A stretch of DNA of 64,000 nucleotides from the human T2T-CHM13v2.0 reference genome, Homo sapiens (GCF_009914755.1 NC_060939.1), one strand, 5' to 3'; shown: positions 1-14,764, counted from the stretch's first letter. A program made the numbers and translations. Notes: generated by a model from the letters alone, not told the origin.

Positions 1-1198
1 GCAGTGCTAGGTGCTGGGCTGCCTGTGGTGCCCTCTGAGGTGTCTGCTTCCTTCCCTCCTCCTCAAGGTTCATTGCTTGCCAGAAGATGGGCTTTGTTTA
101 AATTGGCAAGGAGGGCAGGGCTGGCGAGCTCCAGGGCAGAGGGTGCCATGGGCCCTGGCAGGTGGGTCCGATCCACAGGAGGATCAGAGGCTTATCTTGG
201 AGCAGTAAGGAGGGGCTGTCCTGTGCTTAAAGAGAGGGGGCCAGAGAGAGTCGGCATTGGATTAGTGTTTCAGAAGAACGAATGTGGTGTGTTGGGGAAT
301 GCTCCTGAGTGCTCTAAAATCTAAATGTCCAGTAAAAGAACACTAAGTGCATCCCGCTTTGATTGCTTGGATTTGGAGCAGTATTTGATAACACAGATTG
401 TTAATAGAGATCTGTAGTGGTGCACTCCCTCAAGTTGCCATAAGCAGTTGTAATTAACATTCGCACTGGTTGATCCCATGCCTTGCACCACGCACAGGTC
501 TCCTTTCCAGTCCATCGGCCCTCCCATCTCCAAGGATCTATCCTTCATTACAGATTGTGTGTTTCTTAAATATTTTCTCCTTTTCATTCCTTTATAAGTG
601 CTCTAGGAATACATAGCCTACCCTGAGGATGTAATTCTTTGTAGAAACCCTTCAGATGTGCTGTTCCCTGCCTGGATACTCAGCGTCTGGGTCTTATTCC
701 TCATCTTAGCTCAGTTGTTGCTTCCACAAGTCCCTCACTGACCCTCAGAATAGCGGTGGTCTGTCTTCCAGTCTCCCTGGTACCCCCATAGTCATCTGTT
801 GCACAGTTTCGGACTTGAAATCCTGTGATTAATTGTGTCAGCGGTGCCCTTTGCTGCCTTCCCTGTTAGAATGTGCACCTCAGTCTTCACACGGTACCTG
901 TGGAACCAGGCAGCTGCAGGCAGAGCACAGGTATCCAGAGAATGTTGGACTGGAACTACGATCCTGAGTTCTGATGCCATGCCTGAGGCGTGTGGAATCA
1001 CCAGAAAGTGTGTTCACGTAGATAGAGGAATTATAAGTCAACCTGTGTAAACATGTTAGGTGGAGCTCTTTCATATGAATGATGCTGAATTTCACCTTCT
1101 AAATTGAGTGTTCAGTTGAGCATCTTTTTTTTTTTTTAGTATTTATTTTGAGTTGTGCACTTGAGTTTCTCTTTCATGTTTGCGTGTGCATTTTCTAG

Positions 1199-1413
1199 AA
1201 TGGCTTCAGTCATCCATCTTCTCTGGAGGCCTGCAGACCAGCCAGATCCACTACAGCTACAACGAGGAGAAAGACGAGGACCACTGCAGCTCCCCAGGGG
1301 GCACACCTGCCAGCAAATCTCGACTCTGCTCCCACAGACGGGCCCTGGGGGACCATTCCCAGGCATTTCTGCAAGCCATTGCAGACAACAACATTCAGGA
1401 TCACAACGTGAAG
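1199..1413 (+). pseudogene. HERC2-like exon (WLQSSIFSGG...IQDHNVK)
   Basis: AG 1197-98, GT 1414-15; translation matches HERC2. Confidence 0.9.
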
Positions 1414-1686
1414 GTGAGCTAGGCCTGCCCCCACTGCCACCTCAGTGCTCTGTTTATCTGAGGACTTTGACATAGGAATACTTATGTGCTCTTTGGTTAA
1501 CACAGCACAGACTTTGTTTCATGTATTATTTGGAGGGTTTTGAGGTGAGAACCTGATTGTGTTAACATGCTAGCGAGGCTTCAGAAGCATTAGTGATTGC
1601 AAGTGCGTCAGAAGCTGTGGCATGTTTAAGATTTGTGAAGACTCACTGGGTTTCCCTGAAGTTACTTCCAGCTGTTCCTGTTGCAG

Positions 1687-1819
1687 GACTTTTTGTGTCA
1701 AATAGAAAGGTACTGTAGGCAGTGCCATTTGACCACACCGATCATGTTTCCCCCCGAGCATCCCGTGGAAGAGGTCGGTCGCTTGCTGTTATGTTGCCTC
1801 TTAAAACATGAAGATTTAG
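1687..1819 (+). pseudogene. HERC2-like exon (DFLCQIERYC...LKHEDL)
   Basis: ttgcag|GAC ... TTAG|gtaag. Confidence 0.9.
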
Positions 1820-1926
1820 GTAAGGAGCTCAATATCTTTGTACTTTAGCTACACTGCAGATTCCTCGACTAACCTGTGGTACGTATTCATTCCTTCACTG
1901 CCCTTCTTTTAAATGTCTTTTTACAG

Positions 1927-2054
1927 GTCATGTGGCATTATCTTTAGTTCATGCAGGTGCACTTGGTATTGAGCAAGTAAAGCACAGAACGTTGCCTAAG
2001 TCAGTGGTGGATGTTTGTAGAGTTGTCTACCAAGCAAAATGTTCGCTCATTAAG
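1927..2054 (+). pseudogene. HERC2-like exon (HVALSLVHAG...KCSLIK)
   Basis: ttacag|GT ... AAG|gtgata. Confidence 0.9.
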
Positions 2055-2146
2055 GTGATAGATTTTAATTCTTTTTATTCTGTGCTTTGCAGACAGTTGC
2101 TGAAATATTTGTTGTTAAAGTTGTCTTTTCCTGGTTAACTTTGCAG

Positions 2147-2342
2147 ACTCATCAAGAACAGGACCGTTCTTACAAGGAGGTCTGCGCTCCTGTCATCGAA
2201 CGTTTGAGATTCCTCTTTAATGAATTGAGACCTGCTGTTTGTAATGACCTCTCTATAATGTCTAAGTTTAAATTGTTAAGTTCTTTGCCCCATTGGAGGA
2301 GGATAGCTCAGAAGATAATTCGAGAACCAAGGAAAAAGAGAG
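2147..2342 (+). pseudogene. HERC2-like exon (THQEQDRSYK...REPRKKR)
   Basis: ttgcag|ACT ... AG|gtaag. Confidence 0.9.
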
Positions 2343-2896
2343 GTAAGAATGTAAAAGGACAGAAGATACTATTAAAGCTTGTGCTTCACCCTGCCACGTT
2401 GGATCTGTGATTTCAGAGTGAAGTTTCTCTACTGTTGATTCCATGTAACATTTCTACCTGCTGCCATCATTTTTATTATAGTTAGGATTAAATACAGACA
2501 TCTCGCTTATTTTTCCAAATGATCAGACAATGAGGCAGTTTAGGAATTGAGTGTGGTATGATTTGATTACTAGTAAATTGATGTTGAAAACGTAAATAAT
2601 CTTTGCTAAATTGATGGGAACAAGGAAGTACTTTTATTAGTTATCCTGGTAATGAGATATAATGGGAACATTTAAACTTATTGCCATTCTTCTAAAGAAA
2701 TGTTTTTTGTTTGGAAATATTGAGTATTCTGATACATGAAGAACTATAAAGGGAAGCTAAAAGAGTTACTGACATTTTCCTGGAAGTAGCTGTGTAAGGG
2801 TACAGAAAAGTCTTTTTGCATTAAATCCAAATTTGAATAAAAATGCTTAGAAATTATAAAATAGTTTAGAATTTAGTCACTTGTGATTATAAATAA

Positions 2897-3216
<320 letters not shown>

Positions 3217-3680
3217 TCTGATCATATTATGACTTATACTGATTTACTCACAAACCTGCTTATTGAACAGTATTGATTACTGACTTTCTGATGGGCATTT
3301 TGAACAATAAGCTTATGAAAGACTAAAGTGTGTTAGAAGCCATCCTAATTTGATTGTTCCTGAACAAACCCTACACCATAACAGCCTGTCTGAATGCGAG
3401 GGGTGCTCTGGATCAGGAAGTCACAGCAGTCACACTGCTGCGATTCCTTTAACCCAGGCATGCAGGAACTCAGCCTGGGCCCAGGAGACAGGCTGCCTCG
3501 GAATGAGGGAGAGAGACTCCACATTTGCCATCTCATATCCGTGGGTTCTGAGCCCACACTGTCACTTTTAGAGTTTCTTGTGGGTTTATAGATTTATCGT
3601 GTGGTGTTTCAAGCTGGTTTTCTTTTTTTTTTGGAAATTAAGTAACTTGAAAAGATTAAGTGATTAATATTCCTGTTGCT

Positions 3681-4267
3681 GTGTCAGGGATCCCCGAGCC
3701 TTCTCTCAGGCTTGATGATTCACTAAAAGGACTCAGAAGAGCTGTTATAGTCACAGCTGTGTTTTTACTGCAAAAAGGATACAGATTAAAATTAGCAGAG
3801 GGAAGGGTGCATGGAGGGAAGTCCAGAGGAAACTAGGCACACGCTTTGGTGTCTCTCCCCAGTGGCGTCACGTGGATGTGCTTAGCTCTCCCAGCAACAG
3901 TGTCACATCATGTGTGAAGAATTGTCAACCAGGCCAGCGCACCTGAGCCTCGAGTCTAGAGATTTTGTTGGGGGCCAGTCACATACGCAGGCAGTGCCCC
4001 TGTGACTGACCTCACTCAGGCTCCAGTGCCCCAGTGCAAAAACAAGTGGTCCCTCGCAAGTCCCATCATTAGCATAAACTACCTGGCCAGACCACTGCCA
4101 CAAGGTCCTGGGTGTCAGGTATACCAAAAAACTTCTCAGGCAGGATGTTCCAAGGGCTCAGAGCTCAGCTCCTAGAAGAAGGACCAATCCTGAAGGGACA
4201 GACCTTCCTTGGGAATTTGCAGGGTTTGAGCAACCCCGGCCTGCTATGTTAGCTCTTTACTGCCCAG
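3681..4267 (-). mobile_element. MER21-family LTR
   Basis: Resembles recalled MER21 ends; similar to the copy at 12.7-13.2 kb. Confidence 0.6.
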
Positions 4268-4419
4268 ATGTATTATCATGTTGCTTATTTTTTATATTAT
4301 ATGCTGAGGAGATTTAGACCAAAAATTTTAAAAGAGATAAAGTATAGGGAGGAAATTCCACATATCACAGTGAATTCAGTTGATTCAGTTACACAGTAAC
4401 AGAACCACTGAACTGGACC

Positions 4420-4748
4420 AGGGTGGACAAGCCAGGAACTATGGGCCAAATTCTACCTCTTGCTGGCTTTGGGTTGCCCATGGACTAAGACCTTTTTTTT
4501 TTTTCCAGTTTGAAATTGTTATTTAAAAATTAAAAGAAGTATATTATTTTGGCACATGAAAATTACATGAAGCTAAAATTGTAGCACCATAAATAAAGTT
4601 TTACAGGAGCACAGCCACACCTGTTGCTTTATCTGTGGTTACTTTTTGTGCTACAGCAGCAGAGTTGAGTATTTGCGACAGACAGCATGGCCTGAAAGAC
4701 TCAAATGTTCACTCTCTGGCACTTGAGGAAGAGCTTGCTGGCTGCCGG
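4420..4748. mobile_element. MER58-like hAT DNA transposon
   Basis: aataaagtttta...cacagccac...gcagagttgagta...gacaga core. Confidence 0.6.
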
Positions 4749-4970
4749 GCTTCCCCTGCTTCGGGGCTTCTCCCCTCGTCGCACTCTCACTTTGTCTTTT
4801 TGTTCTGCCAGGGTGATCATTTCACTCTTGTTGAGCATTGCAATTTATAATGTTGTTCAGATGTTTATTTGAATGAAATATTTGTCCTTCATGTAAATCT
4901 AAATATGTCTTAATTTAAAATTAATATTTAAGTGTATGATTTTTATAGTGAATGATGTTTTAAAACACAG

Positions 4971-5104
4971 TTCCTAAGAAGCCAGAATCTACGGATGATG
5001 AAGAAAAAATTGGAAACGAAGAGAGTGATTTAGAAGAAGCTTGCATTTTGCCTCATAGTCCAATAAATGTGGACAAGAGACCCATTGCAATTAAATCACC
5101 CAAG
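4971..5104 (+). pseudogene. HERC2-like exon (PKKPESTDDE...AIKSPK)
   Basis: acacag|TT ... AAG|gtgcag. Confidence 0.88.
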
Positions 5105-5633
5105 GTGCAGTATTTTCTGTGATTCTGAGGTTGGCTGAATAGAATCGTAGCATGTAGCACAGGAATCCACAGTCTTGTACCTCTGTACCTGAGCATCTGG
5201 AGGGAGGGACGGGCGGTTGTTAGAAATACGGCCCCAGTGATGCTTCATGAACTTGACTTATGATGTCCTGGTCAGAGCTGTAGCTGGAGAAGGGTTTCCT
5301 TTTATTTTTGGTATTAGATTGTATCATTAATTATTCACCATTCATTCCTTAAATATATTCTTTGTTCCAGAAACAGTGCTGGGCCCTGTGGCTGTTAATA
5401 TGAACCATAACTTAACTTAGTATGCCAAGCTAGCCTGTTCCAACATATAGTATAGAGATTATAAATTCACTTATATTTATAGCATAGTTTTAAAAACATG
5501 TATTACTAAATTTAACGTATTTTAACCAATTTAAACCCATAAGCATTATTTATATTTTACTTGAATAACTTTTAGAGCACAGTTTATTATTAAATAGGGT
5601 AGACTAATGATGAAAATTGTTTTCCTTTGTTAG

Positions 5634-5804
5634 GACAAATGGCAGCCGCTGTTGAGTACTGTTACAGGTGTTCACAAATACAAGTGGTTGAAGCAGAATG
5701 TGCAGGGTCTTTATCCGCAGTCTCCACTCCTCAGTACAATTGCTGAATTTGCCCTTAAAGAAGAGCCAGTGGATGTGGAAAAGAGAAAGTGCCTACTAAA
5801 ACAG
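5634..5804 (+). pseudogene. HERC2-like exon (DKWQPLLST...KRKCLLKQ)
   Basis: gttag|GAC ... CAG|gtaac; apparent in-frame 3-nt loss (VEKRK versus recalled VEKMRK). Confidence 0.9.
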
Positions 5805-5881
5805 GTAACATTTGATGAGAAATGCTTCTCTGCATTGGGTAATATACATAACACTTAACTGTATGCATTGATATTTTGCAG

Positions 5882-6024
5882 TTGGAGAGAGCAGAGGTTC
5901 GCCTGGAAGGGATAGATACAATTTTAAAATTGTATCTGGTGAGCAAGAATTTCTTACTTCCATCTGTGCCATATGCAATGTTTTGTGGATGGCAAAGACT
6001 TATTCCTGAGGGAATCGATATAGG
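5882..6024 (+). pseudogene. HERC2-like exon (LERAEVRLEG...PEGIDIG)
   Basis: ttgcag|TTG ... GG|gtaaa; apparent in-frame 6-nt gain (KLYLVSK versus recalled KLASK). Confidence 0.88.
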
Positions 6025-6141
6025 GTAAAACGTTAGCATATTTTTTTCTTAATTAAGGAAGCTGTGGCAACAGAATGTTTTTCTGTAACAGTTAGAAGTC
6101 TGGCAGTGTCCCAAGTCAAATTCTTTATCTTTATTTGAAAG

Positions 6142-6293
6142 GGAACCTCTTACTGATTGTTTAAAGGATGTTGATTTGATCCCGCCTTTTAATCGGATGC
6201 TGCTGGAAGTCACCTTTGGCAAGCTGTACGCTTGGGCTGTTCAGAACATTCGAAATGTTTTGGTGGATGCCAGTGCCAAATTTAAAGAGCTTG
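6142..6293 (+). pseudogene. HERC2-like exon (EPLTDCLKDV...AKFKEL)
   Basis: tttgaaag|G ... G|gtgag. Confidence 0.9.
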
Positions 6294-6804
6294 GTGAGTC
6301 AATAATTGTATCAATGTTATTTTATAGTTTGCCTTTAATTATATGTTGTGGAAACTTGCAAATGCCAATTTTTGGTTTTGAGAAGACTTTAATAAGTTTG
6401 TACTTTGTACTTGTATAATCTATGCTGCTGTCAGCTTTCTCAGATTTTAAACAAAACTTTAAAATTTAGCAGGAGACACAATGTTGAAGTACTCTAGTAT
6501 AACATTTTTACATTTTGACATTTTTATGTGTATCACCACATATCCTAAAGTGTCTGTGTCCTATATTGATATTTATTTCCTGGATAGTTTGAGCATCTAC
6601 AGAGAGTTGATTGGATTGATTTTATGGAGGAAAAGTGAGACATAACTTTTATATTTGAAATGGAAGGAATGGAATAGGGCACCGGTGTATTCAGAGAGCA
6701 ACATACTAAGTCCTGTAGACAGATGGAACGACCTGTGCATAGAATGCAGGGGGTAGGCCCATCGTGCAGCATGACAGAGCTGCCCACTCTGTGGAAACCA
6801 CTGA

Positions 6805-7084
6805 AAAATAGTCAGATGTTTAGAGTAATCGCCCGTGCCTTCTGCGTTACGTTTATGCTTGTATCCATGCGAGAGAAATGTCAGTGGGTGTCAAAATAGT
6901 CAGATGATTAGAGTAATTGCCCATGCTTTCTGCGTTACGTTTATTCTTGTATCCACGCACAAGAAATGTCAGTGGGTGTCAGTGCTTATTAGTCAGATGT
7001 TTAGAGTAATTGCCCGTGCTTTCTGCATTACATTTATTCTTGTATCCATTACAAGAAATGTCAGTGGGTGCCAATGCTCATTAG
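6805..7084 (+). repeat. Tandem repeat, 3 copies of ~88-93 bp abutting an acceptor
   Basis: tagtcagatg at 6809, 6897, 6990; gaaatgtcagtgggtg in each copy. Confidence 0.9.
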
Positions 7085-7276
7085 GTATCCAGCCGGTTCC
7101 CCTGCAAACCATCACCAATGAGAACCCATCGGGACCGAGCCTGGGGACCATCCCGCAAGCCCACTTCCTCCTGGTGATGCTCAGCATGCTCACCCTGCAG
7201 CACAGCGCAAACAACCTTGACCTCCTGCTCAATTCCGGCACGCTGGCCCTCGCTCAGACGGCACTGCGCCTGATTG
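7085..7276 (+). pseudogene. HERC2-like exon (IQPVPLQTIT...TALRLI)
   Basis: cattag|GT ... G|gtagg. Confidence 0.9.
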
Positions 7277-8098
7277 GTAGGTCTGCACTGGCTTGAGAGC
7301 CTTTGGGAAAACGTCAAGATTTTGCTTTGATTTATTTTCTTTCTTTTTTTTAAAAAAAGCTTTTTGTAAATTATGGTAAGACACAAATAGCAGAAAGTGT
7401 AGCATTTTAACGTCGCAATTCAGCGGTATTAAATACATTCACAATTTTCTAGAGTCATCACCACTGTCTAGTTGTAGAACTTTTTCATCACTATAAATGC
7501 ACCCCATTTAGCCATCAGTCCTCACTCCCCTGCTCTCCAGCCCCTGGTAGTCACAAATCTGCTTTCTCTGTCTATGGATTTGCATATCCCGGATATTTCA
7601 TATAAATGGAATCATACCATTTGTGGCCTTTGTGTCTGGGTTATTTCATTTGGTATATATCAGTACTTTATTTTTATGGCTGAAAAAGATTTCATTGTAT
7701 GAATATATAACATTTTGTTTACTCATTTATCTGTTGATGGACATTTGGGTTGGTTTTGCCTTTTGACTTTTGTGAATAGTGCTGCTAGGAACATTTATAT
7801 ACAAGTACTTGTTTGAACACTTGTTTCTAGTTCTTTTGATTATACACCTAGGACTGGAATTACAGGGTCATATGGTACAACTATGTGTAACTTACTGAGA
7901 AACTACCAAAGTTTTCCACAGTGCCATATCATTTTTACATTCCCATCACCAGTGGGCAGGATTCCAGGGTTCCAGTTTCTCTGCTTCCCTGCCAACACTA
8001 TTTTTTGTGGTTTTCTTTTTTTTTTTGGATTAAGGCCATCCTAGCGGGTGTGAAGTGGTATCTCATTGTGATTTTGGTTTGCATTTCACTAATGATGA

Positions 8099-8489
<391 letters not shown>

Positions 8490-9528
8490 CTTTCTCCTTT
8501 TTAAATAGGGTTATTTGTCGTCATCTTGTTGTACCAATAAATGCACTATATAAGTGTATCAAACCTTTAAAGAAGAATTAACACCAGTCCTCAGACTCTT
8601 TAAAAAGTTCGTGTATACTAGACCTTCACAGATCTGTAGACCTTTATCAGGTATATCATTTGAGGGTATTTTCTCCTGTTCTCTGGATTGTATTCCCTTA
8701 GATAGAGAAGTTTTTTATTTTGATGAAGTTCAATTTATCTGTTTCTCTTTTGTCGTCTATGCTTTTGATATCATATCCAAAAAGCCATTTCCAAACACAA
8801 GGTTGATGAAGATTATCCTCATGTTTTCTTCTGTAAGTTTTATAGTTTCAGCTCTTATATTTAGATCTTTGGTCCATTTTTAGGTAATTTCTTTTACACA
8901 GTGTGAGGTAAGAGTCCAGCCTTTTTCTTTTGTTGATCTGATTGTTTCAATACCACTTGTTGAGGACTGTTCTTTCCCTGAAGTTCTGGGTACCCTTGGC
9001 AAAAATCAGTTGGCTGTGGATATTTAGGTTTATTTCTGGACTCTCAATTACATTATCACATTCTATATGTTGATAATTGTGCAGGTACCGCCCTGTTTTG
9101 AACATTGTAGTTTTGTACTGTTTTAAAATTGAGAAGTGTGTTTTCTTTCTCAAGATGATTTTGGCTACTTTGGGTCCCTTGCATTTTCACATGAACTTCA
9201 AGGCTGGCTTTTCCATATCTGCAAAAAAAGACCATTGGGATTTTTGCTAGGGATTGAATCTGTAGATTGTTTTGGGGAATAGTGCCATTTTAACAATGTT
9301 AACATCCATTCTCTGAATGTGGAATGTCTTTCCATTTATTTCTGTCCTCTTTAATTTCTTTCAGCAATATTTTATTGTTTTACAGTTATCAGGGTAATAA
9401 TGGCCTCATAGAATGAACTAGGTAGTGTTCCCATATATTCTGTTTTTAGAAGAGTTTGAGGATTGGTGTCAGTTCAGCTTTAAATGTTTGGTAGAGTTGA
9501 CCACCTAAGCTTTTCTTTGTTGAAAGAT

Positions 9529-9828
9529 TTTTTTTTTTTTTTTCTTTGAGACGGAGTCTCACACTGTTGCCCAGGCTGGACTGCAGTGGCGTGATCTCGG
9601 CCCACTGCAAGCTCCGCCTCCCGGGTTCACGCCATTCTCCTTCCTTAGCCTCCTGAGTAGCTGGGATTATAGTCGCCAGCCACCACGCCCGGCTAATTTT
9701 TTGTATTTTTAGTAGAGACGGGGTTTCACTGTGTTAGCCAGGATGCTCTCGATTTCCTGACCTCGTGATCCACCCGCCTCGGCCTCCCAAAGTGCTGGGA
9801 TTACAGGCGTGAGCCACGGCGCCTGGCC
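9529..9828 (-). mobile_element. AluY
   Basis: Y diagnostics (gcaagctcc, ttcacgccattc); TSD TGAAAGATTTTT. Confidence 0.9.
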
Positions 9829-10068
9829 TGAAAGATTTTTAATTACCGATTCAATCTCTTTACTTGTTATGGCTCTATTCAGATTTTCTATTTCTTCTTG
9901 AGTCAGTTTGGGTAATTTATGTTTCTAGGAATGTGTCCATTTTATCTAGGCTATTTTATTTGTTGGCATACAGTTGTTCACAGTGTTCTTTTATAATCTT
10001 TTTTATTTTTATGTTGGTAGTACTGTCTCCACTTACATTTCTGATGTTAGTTATTTGCATCTTTTCTC

Positions 10069-10379
10069 TTTTTTTTCTTTTTTTTTTTTTTTTTTTGAGA
10101 TGGAGTCTCACTCTGTTGCCAGGCCAGAGTGCAGTGACACAGTCTTGGCTCACTGCAACCTCCGCCTCCCGGATTCAAGTGATTCTCCTGCCTCAGCCTC
10201 CCAAGTAAGCTGGGAGTACAGGCGCCTGCCGCCAGGCCTGGCTAATTTTTTTTGTATTTTTAGTGGAGATGGGGTTTCACCATGTTGACCAGGATGATCT
10301 AAATCTCTTGACCTTGTGATCCGCCCACCTCAGCTTCCCAAAGTGCTGGGATTAGAGGCGTGAGCCACCTTGACTGGCC
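10069..10379 (-). mobile_element. AluSc-like
   Basis: Full Alu dimer. Confidence 0.88.
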
Positions 10380-10529
10380 TCTTTTTTTCTTAATTTACCA
10401 AAAGTTTGTCAGATTTTTTGTTCTTGCCAGAAACCGAACTTTTGGTTTTGTAGATTATTTTTCTATTCTCTATTTAATTTATGGCTGCTCTAATCTCTAT
10501 CGTTTCCTTCTTTCTGCTTTGTATTTTTT

Positions 10530-10701
10530 TGTTTTTGTTTTTGTCTTTGTTTTGAGACAGGGTCTTACTTTGTCCCTCAGGCCCAAGTACAGTGGCGCAC
10601 TCATGGCTCACTGCAGCCTCAACCTCCTGGGCTCAAGTTATCTACCTGCCTCAGCCTCCCAAAGTTGCTGGGATTACAGGTGTGAGGCACGACACCTGGC
10701 C
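10530..10701 (-). mobile_element. Alu monomer (FRAM/FLAM-like)
   Basis: Single-arm Alu with T tail. Confidence 0.75.
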
Positions 10702-11308
10702 TAACTTTGGTTTTTATTGTGTTCTTATTTTTTTAGTTCTTCCAGATGTAGAGTTATTGATTTGAGATCATCTTTTGTAAATGCAGACTTTTATAGTATA
10801 ATTGCCCCTTTTAGCCCTGCTTTTGGCCCAGCACAGAAGTTTTGGTGTGTTGTGTTTTCATTCATCTCATAGTATTTTCTAATTTCCCTTGTGATTTCTT
10901 CTTTGACCCACTGATTGTTTACCATGTGTTGTTTAATTTTCATATACTTGTGAATTTTCCACTTTTCCTTTTGTTATTAATTTCTCATCATTTCCTTTTG
11001 GTTGGAGAAGGTAACTTGTATGATTTTCGTCTGTTTAAATTTGAGACTTTGTGGCCTAACATATGGTCTGGTCAGTCTAAGAGAGTGTCCTGTGGTATAC
11101 TTGAGAAGAACGTGTATTCTGCTCTTTTTGGTGAAATGTTCTGTATATGTCTATTAGATCTGATTGGTTTATGGTGGTGTTCTTTGGCTAAAACTGAGAT
11201 GCTGCAGGGCCAGTTGTCAAAGTCACAGTGAAAAAGCAAGGTTTTCCCAAGCTCTTATAATCACATCAGTTTTAGAGTTCACATTAATCCATTCAAAAAT
11301 ATGTATCA

Positions 11309-11730
<422 letters not shown>

Positions 11731-12696
11731 TACAGCTGAAAAGAATTATCTAGTAAGGGTTATATCTGATTTCCTGAGGCCTCATTAGCAACCAAAAGTT
11801 GCATTTAAAAATTACAAAAGCATATCTCCATCGAGAAATGGCCTTTTTATGTTGTCTACTTTTCCCCCAGAGGTTCCCATAAGTAAAAATCACAGCACAA
11901 ATCATTAAGTATGGGGACTTGTTCTGTTGATAATATTCATGTGTTTAAATTTCATCTGGCCCACTGGCTGCAAAAAGCAAGGAAGTTGTGTCTCATGAAT
12001 ATCCGTCTATATTTGCAGCTTGCCCTGATCAGGGTATCCTTCTTATCATTTAAGAAATTATAAACATATAATATTTTATACCAGCTTAATGTATACATCC
12101 ACATGTAACAGCCACAAAACATAAAGCTATGTAAAATAAAAAAATTCCCCCCGGTTTTGGTTGCAAATTTATTCAAGCCCTTAGCAATAAATTCAGTCTT
12201 TACAGAGTTAACAGTATAGCTGCCCAGGGGATCCTGGGAGATCCACCTGGAATGCAACTCCTGTCCCTTCCTTGGGGCTCCTTCCTGGGGGCCCTAAAGT
12301 AGCGGCTAGGCTAAAGGAAAGGCTGTTTCTGCTGCTAGTTTATCTAAAGTTTTGCTCCAGCCCTGGGAATTGAATATCCTTTTTTGTTCTCTTGGAAGAG
12401 AGAGAAACACAAACTTTTTACATTTTTTGGTCCACCCCAGCCCACCTTTGGGACTGTTTGGATCTTTTTCCCTCCCACCTGGAGGAGAAAACTAAAATCA
12501 AGGGAGTTACCAGAACCACACTCCTACCCCCTCTCAGTTTAGCAAGTGGGAAAAGGGGGGTTAAAAATCTAGCCTACTCTCCTAGGGTTAGCGCTCCTAT
12601 TTTCAGATCCATTGGGAAGTTTTACTTCTCTCAGGTGACAGCAGCTCGGCTTCTGTTTTGTGCTATGGATGACTCTGTAGCCACCCAGGGCACCAA

Positions 12697-13202
12697 TTGT
12701 CAGGGGTCTCCGAGACCACCCCCAGGTTTGATGGTTGGCCAGGAGGACTCACAAGACTCAGCATGTAGTTGTACTCAGGGCTATAGTTTATTACAGTGAA
12801 GGGACACAGAGCAAAATCATGAAAAAGGACATGGGTAAAGTCCAGAGGAAAGCAGGTACAAGCTTCCACAGGATCCACACAGGACGAGCTTAACTGCCCT
12901 GGCACCGAGCCGTGTCAAGTGCTGTCTGCCGGGAAGCTGGGTAGAGACTCCAGGCCCACGGTTTCCATCAGGACTGATCACACGGGCACCCCCTGCCTGG
13001 CGTGTACCAAGTTCCAGACTAAGGAAAGCAGGTTTCAGCACAGACCCCATTGTTTGTACAGACAGTTCAGGCACAGGGAACCACACCTACCACCTAGGGA
13101 ATGGGGGAGCCCTCCTGAGATCCAGACTCCAGCTGAGGGCCAGCCTGCAGCAACCCTGTCTGAGGTTGTATCTCGGGCCAGCTGTTAGCTGTCTTCTGCA
13201 CA
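12697..13202 (-). mobile_element. MER21-family LTR
   Basis: tgtcaggggtctccgagacc...gttagctgtcttctgcaca. Confidence 0.6.
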
Positions 13203-13591
13203 GAACCATGATTAAAGTTTGTTAGTTTCCCACTGTTAGATATTTAGGTAGTTATCTTTGTTTTTCTATTAATAAAAAATGTGATGAGGATCTTTCTAAC
13301 TCAGTTATTTTGCTTTTTTCAGGGGAGTAATTCCTAGAAGTAGAGAAAGTAGCTTTACTGAGCATTTTAATATCTTTTATATCTTCCTAGGATATTTATG
13401 TATTTCATCCTTCCGTTTATCTTCTTTTTATCCTATATCAGTAAAATATTCATAATATTATATTGATAAAACATATAGTATGGATTGTTCAAAATTACGA
13501 TCTTCATTAGTACTTTGTGAATGTTTTGTGTGTATTAAGGGGACACTGTAGCTACTTGTTGGCTCAGCTATTGTTTTTGACGCTCCGTCAG

Positions 13592-13779
13592 GCCCCAGTT
13601 GTGACAACGTTGAGGAAGATATGAATGCTTCTGCTCAAGGTGCTTCTGCCACAGTTTTGGAAGAAACAAGGAAGGAAACGGCTCCTGTGCAGCTCCCTGT
13701 TTCAGGGCCAGAACTGGCTGCCATGATGAAGATTGGAACAAGGGTCATGAGAGGTGTGGACTGGAAATGGGGCGATCAG
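13592..13779 (+). pseudogene. HERC2-like exon, start of MIB/HERC2 domain ([10 protein letters not shown]...[10 protein letters not shown])
   Basis: cgtcag|GC ... CAG|gtact; [13 protein letters not shown] motif. Confidence 0.92.
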
Positions 13780-14764
13780 GTACTCAGAGATTTGATGTGA
13801 ACACATTAGCCACACATTAGTTATCTTCTGCATAGTTCTGTACGATATTGGTGGGTGGAAATTGGAATAATCCAGGATGTGTCAGTTGATCGATGACACA
13901 GGTGTTGGTTCCCGAGCAGCTGAAGGGAGTGAACACAAACAGGGAATCATAAGTAGGGCATCTGAGCAGAATCAAGTCTGGAAAGAGAGGCAGCTCTTTT
14001 CAGGAAACTCACTGGCATGAGGCTCAGTTTGATGGGTCACTGGAACAAGAGTGTGAGAGTGAGCAAGAGAGTAAATCTCATTCTGAAAGTTGGTGTAGTG
14101 AAGGCTCTGAGGCAGGAAGCCCAGATGCTGCCCCTGTGGGCTGATGGCCATGTGCTGCGAAGTGCCCTGAAGCCAGTAGTTAGGGATCTACTTCATGGGC
14201 CTGTGGCCACGTTTCCATCTTCCCTCATCGCAGGTCTCTTCTAAATCTCTGCCAGGTGCCCCCAGGTGGAAGTCACTTACCACAGCCCTAGCTAAGTTAG
14301 GGCAGTGTTCACCTTCCCATGGTCTGTCTGGCTTTTCTCAGCCACGCTGGTAAGCCCTGGCTTTGTCACAGTCATCTTAGAAATAGCAGTGTCTGGAGAC
14401 AGCATCCATCCTAGAAACAGCTTTCTCCTGCAGAAGTGAGAGACAGAGCTTCCCCCTGGGGCCCAGGGGAAACTGAAGCAAAGGGAATGTGGAGGTGCTG
14501 GTGCTTGTTTCAGGTTTCCGCTCTTGCAAGGCCCGTGAGGGATTGTGGGGACAGGACTTGCTGCAAAGCCCTGTCTCTGCATTGACTCAGAGGATCCTCA
14601 TTGAGATGAGATTTCCCCGACTTCCTTGGTAAAGCAGCATGAGCACGTTATTTTATGCCATTTAATTTAAAATGATGCAAGCACACATTTTGTAGGAGAG
14701 GTGAAATCTGTGTCTGGGGACAGCCCCTGACAGACAGGGTGGCATATGGCGACATCTGTGTGGC

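Noticed and set aside
4-1100. Short ORFs at the window start
   Set aside because: No HERC2 or other recognisable peptide; consistent with intron.
6835-7296. 153-aa ORF as an independent gene
   Set aside because: Tandem-repeat read-through fused by chance to a HERC2-like exon; GTG start.
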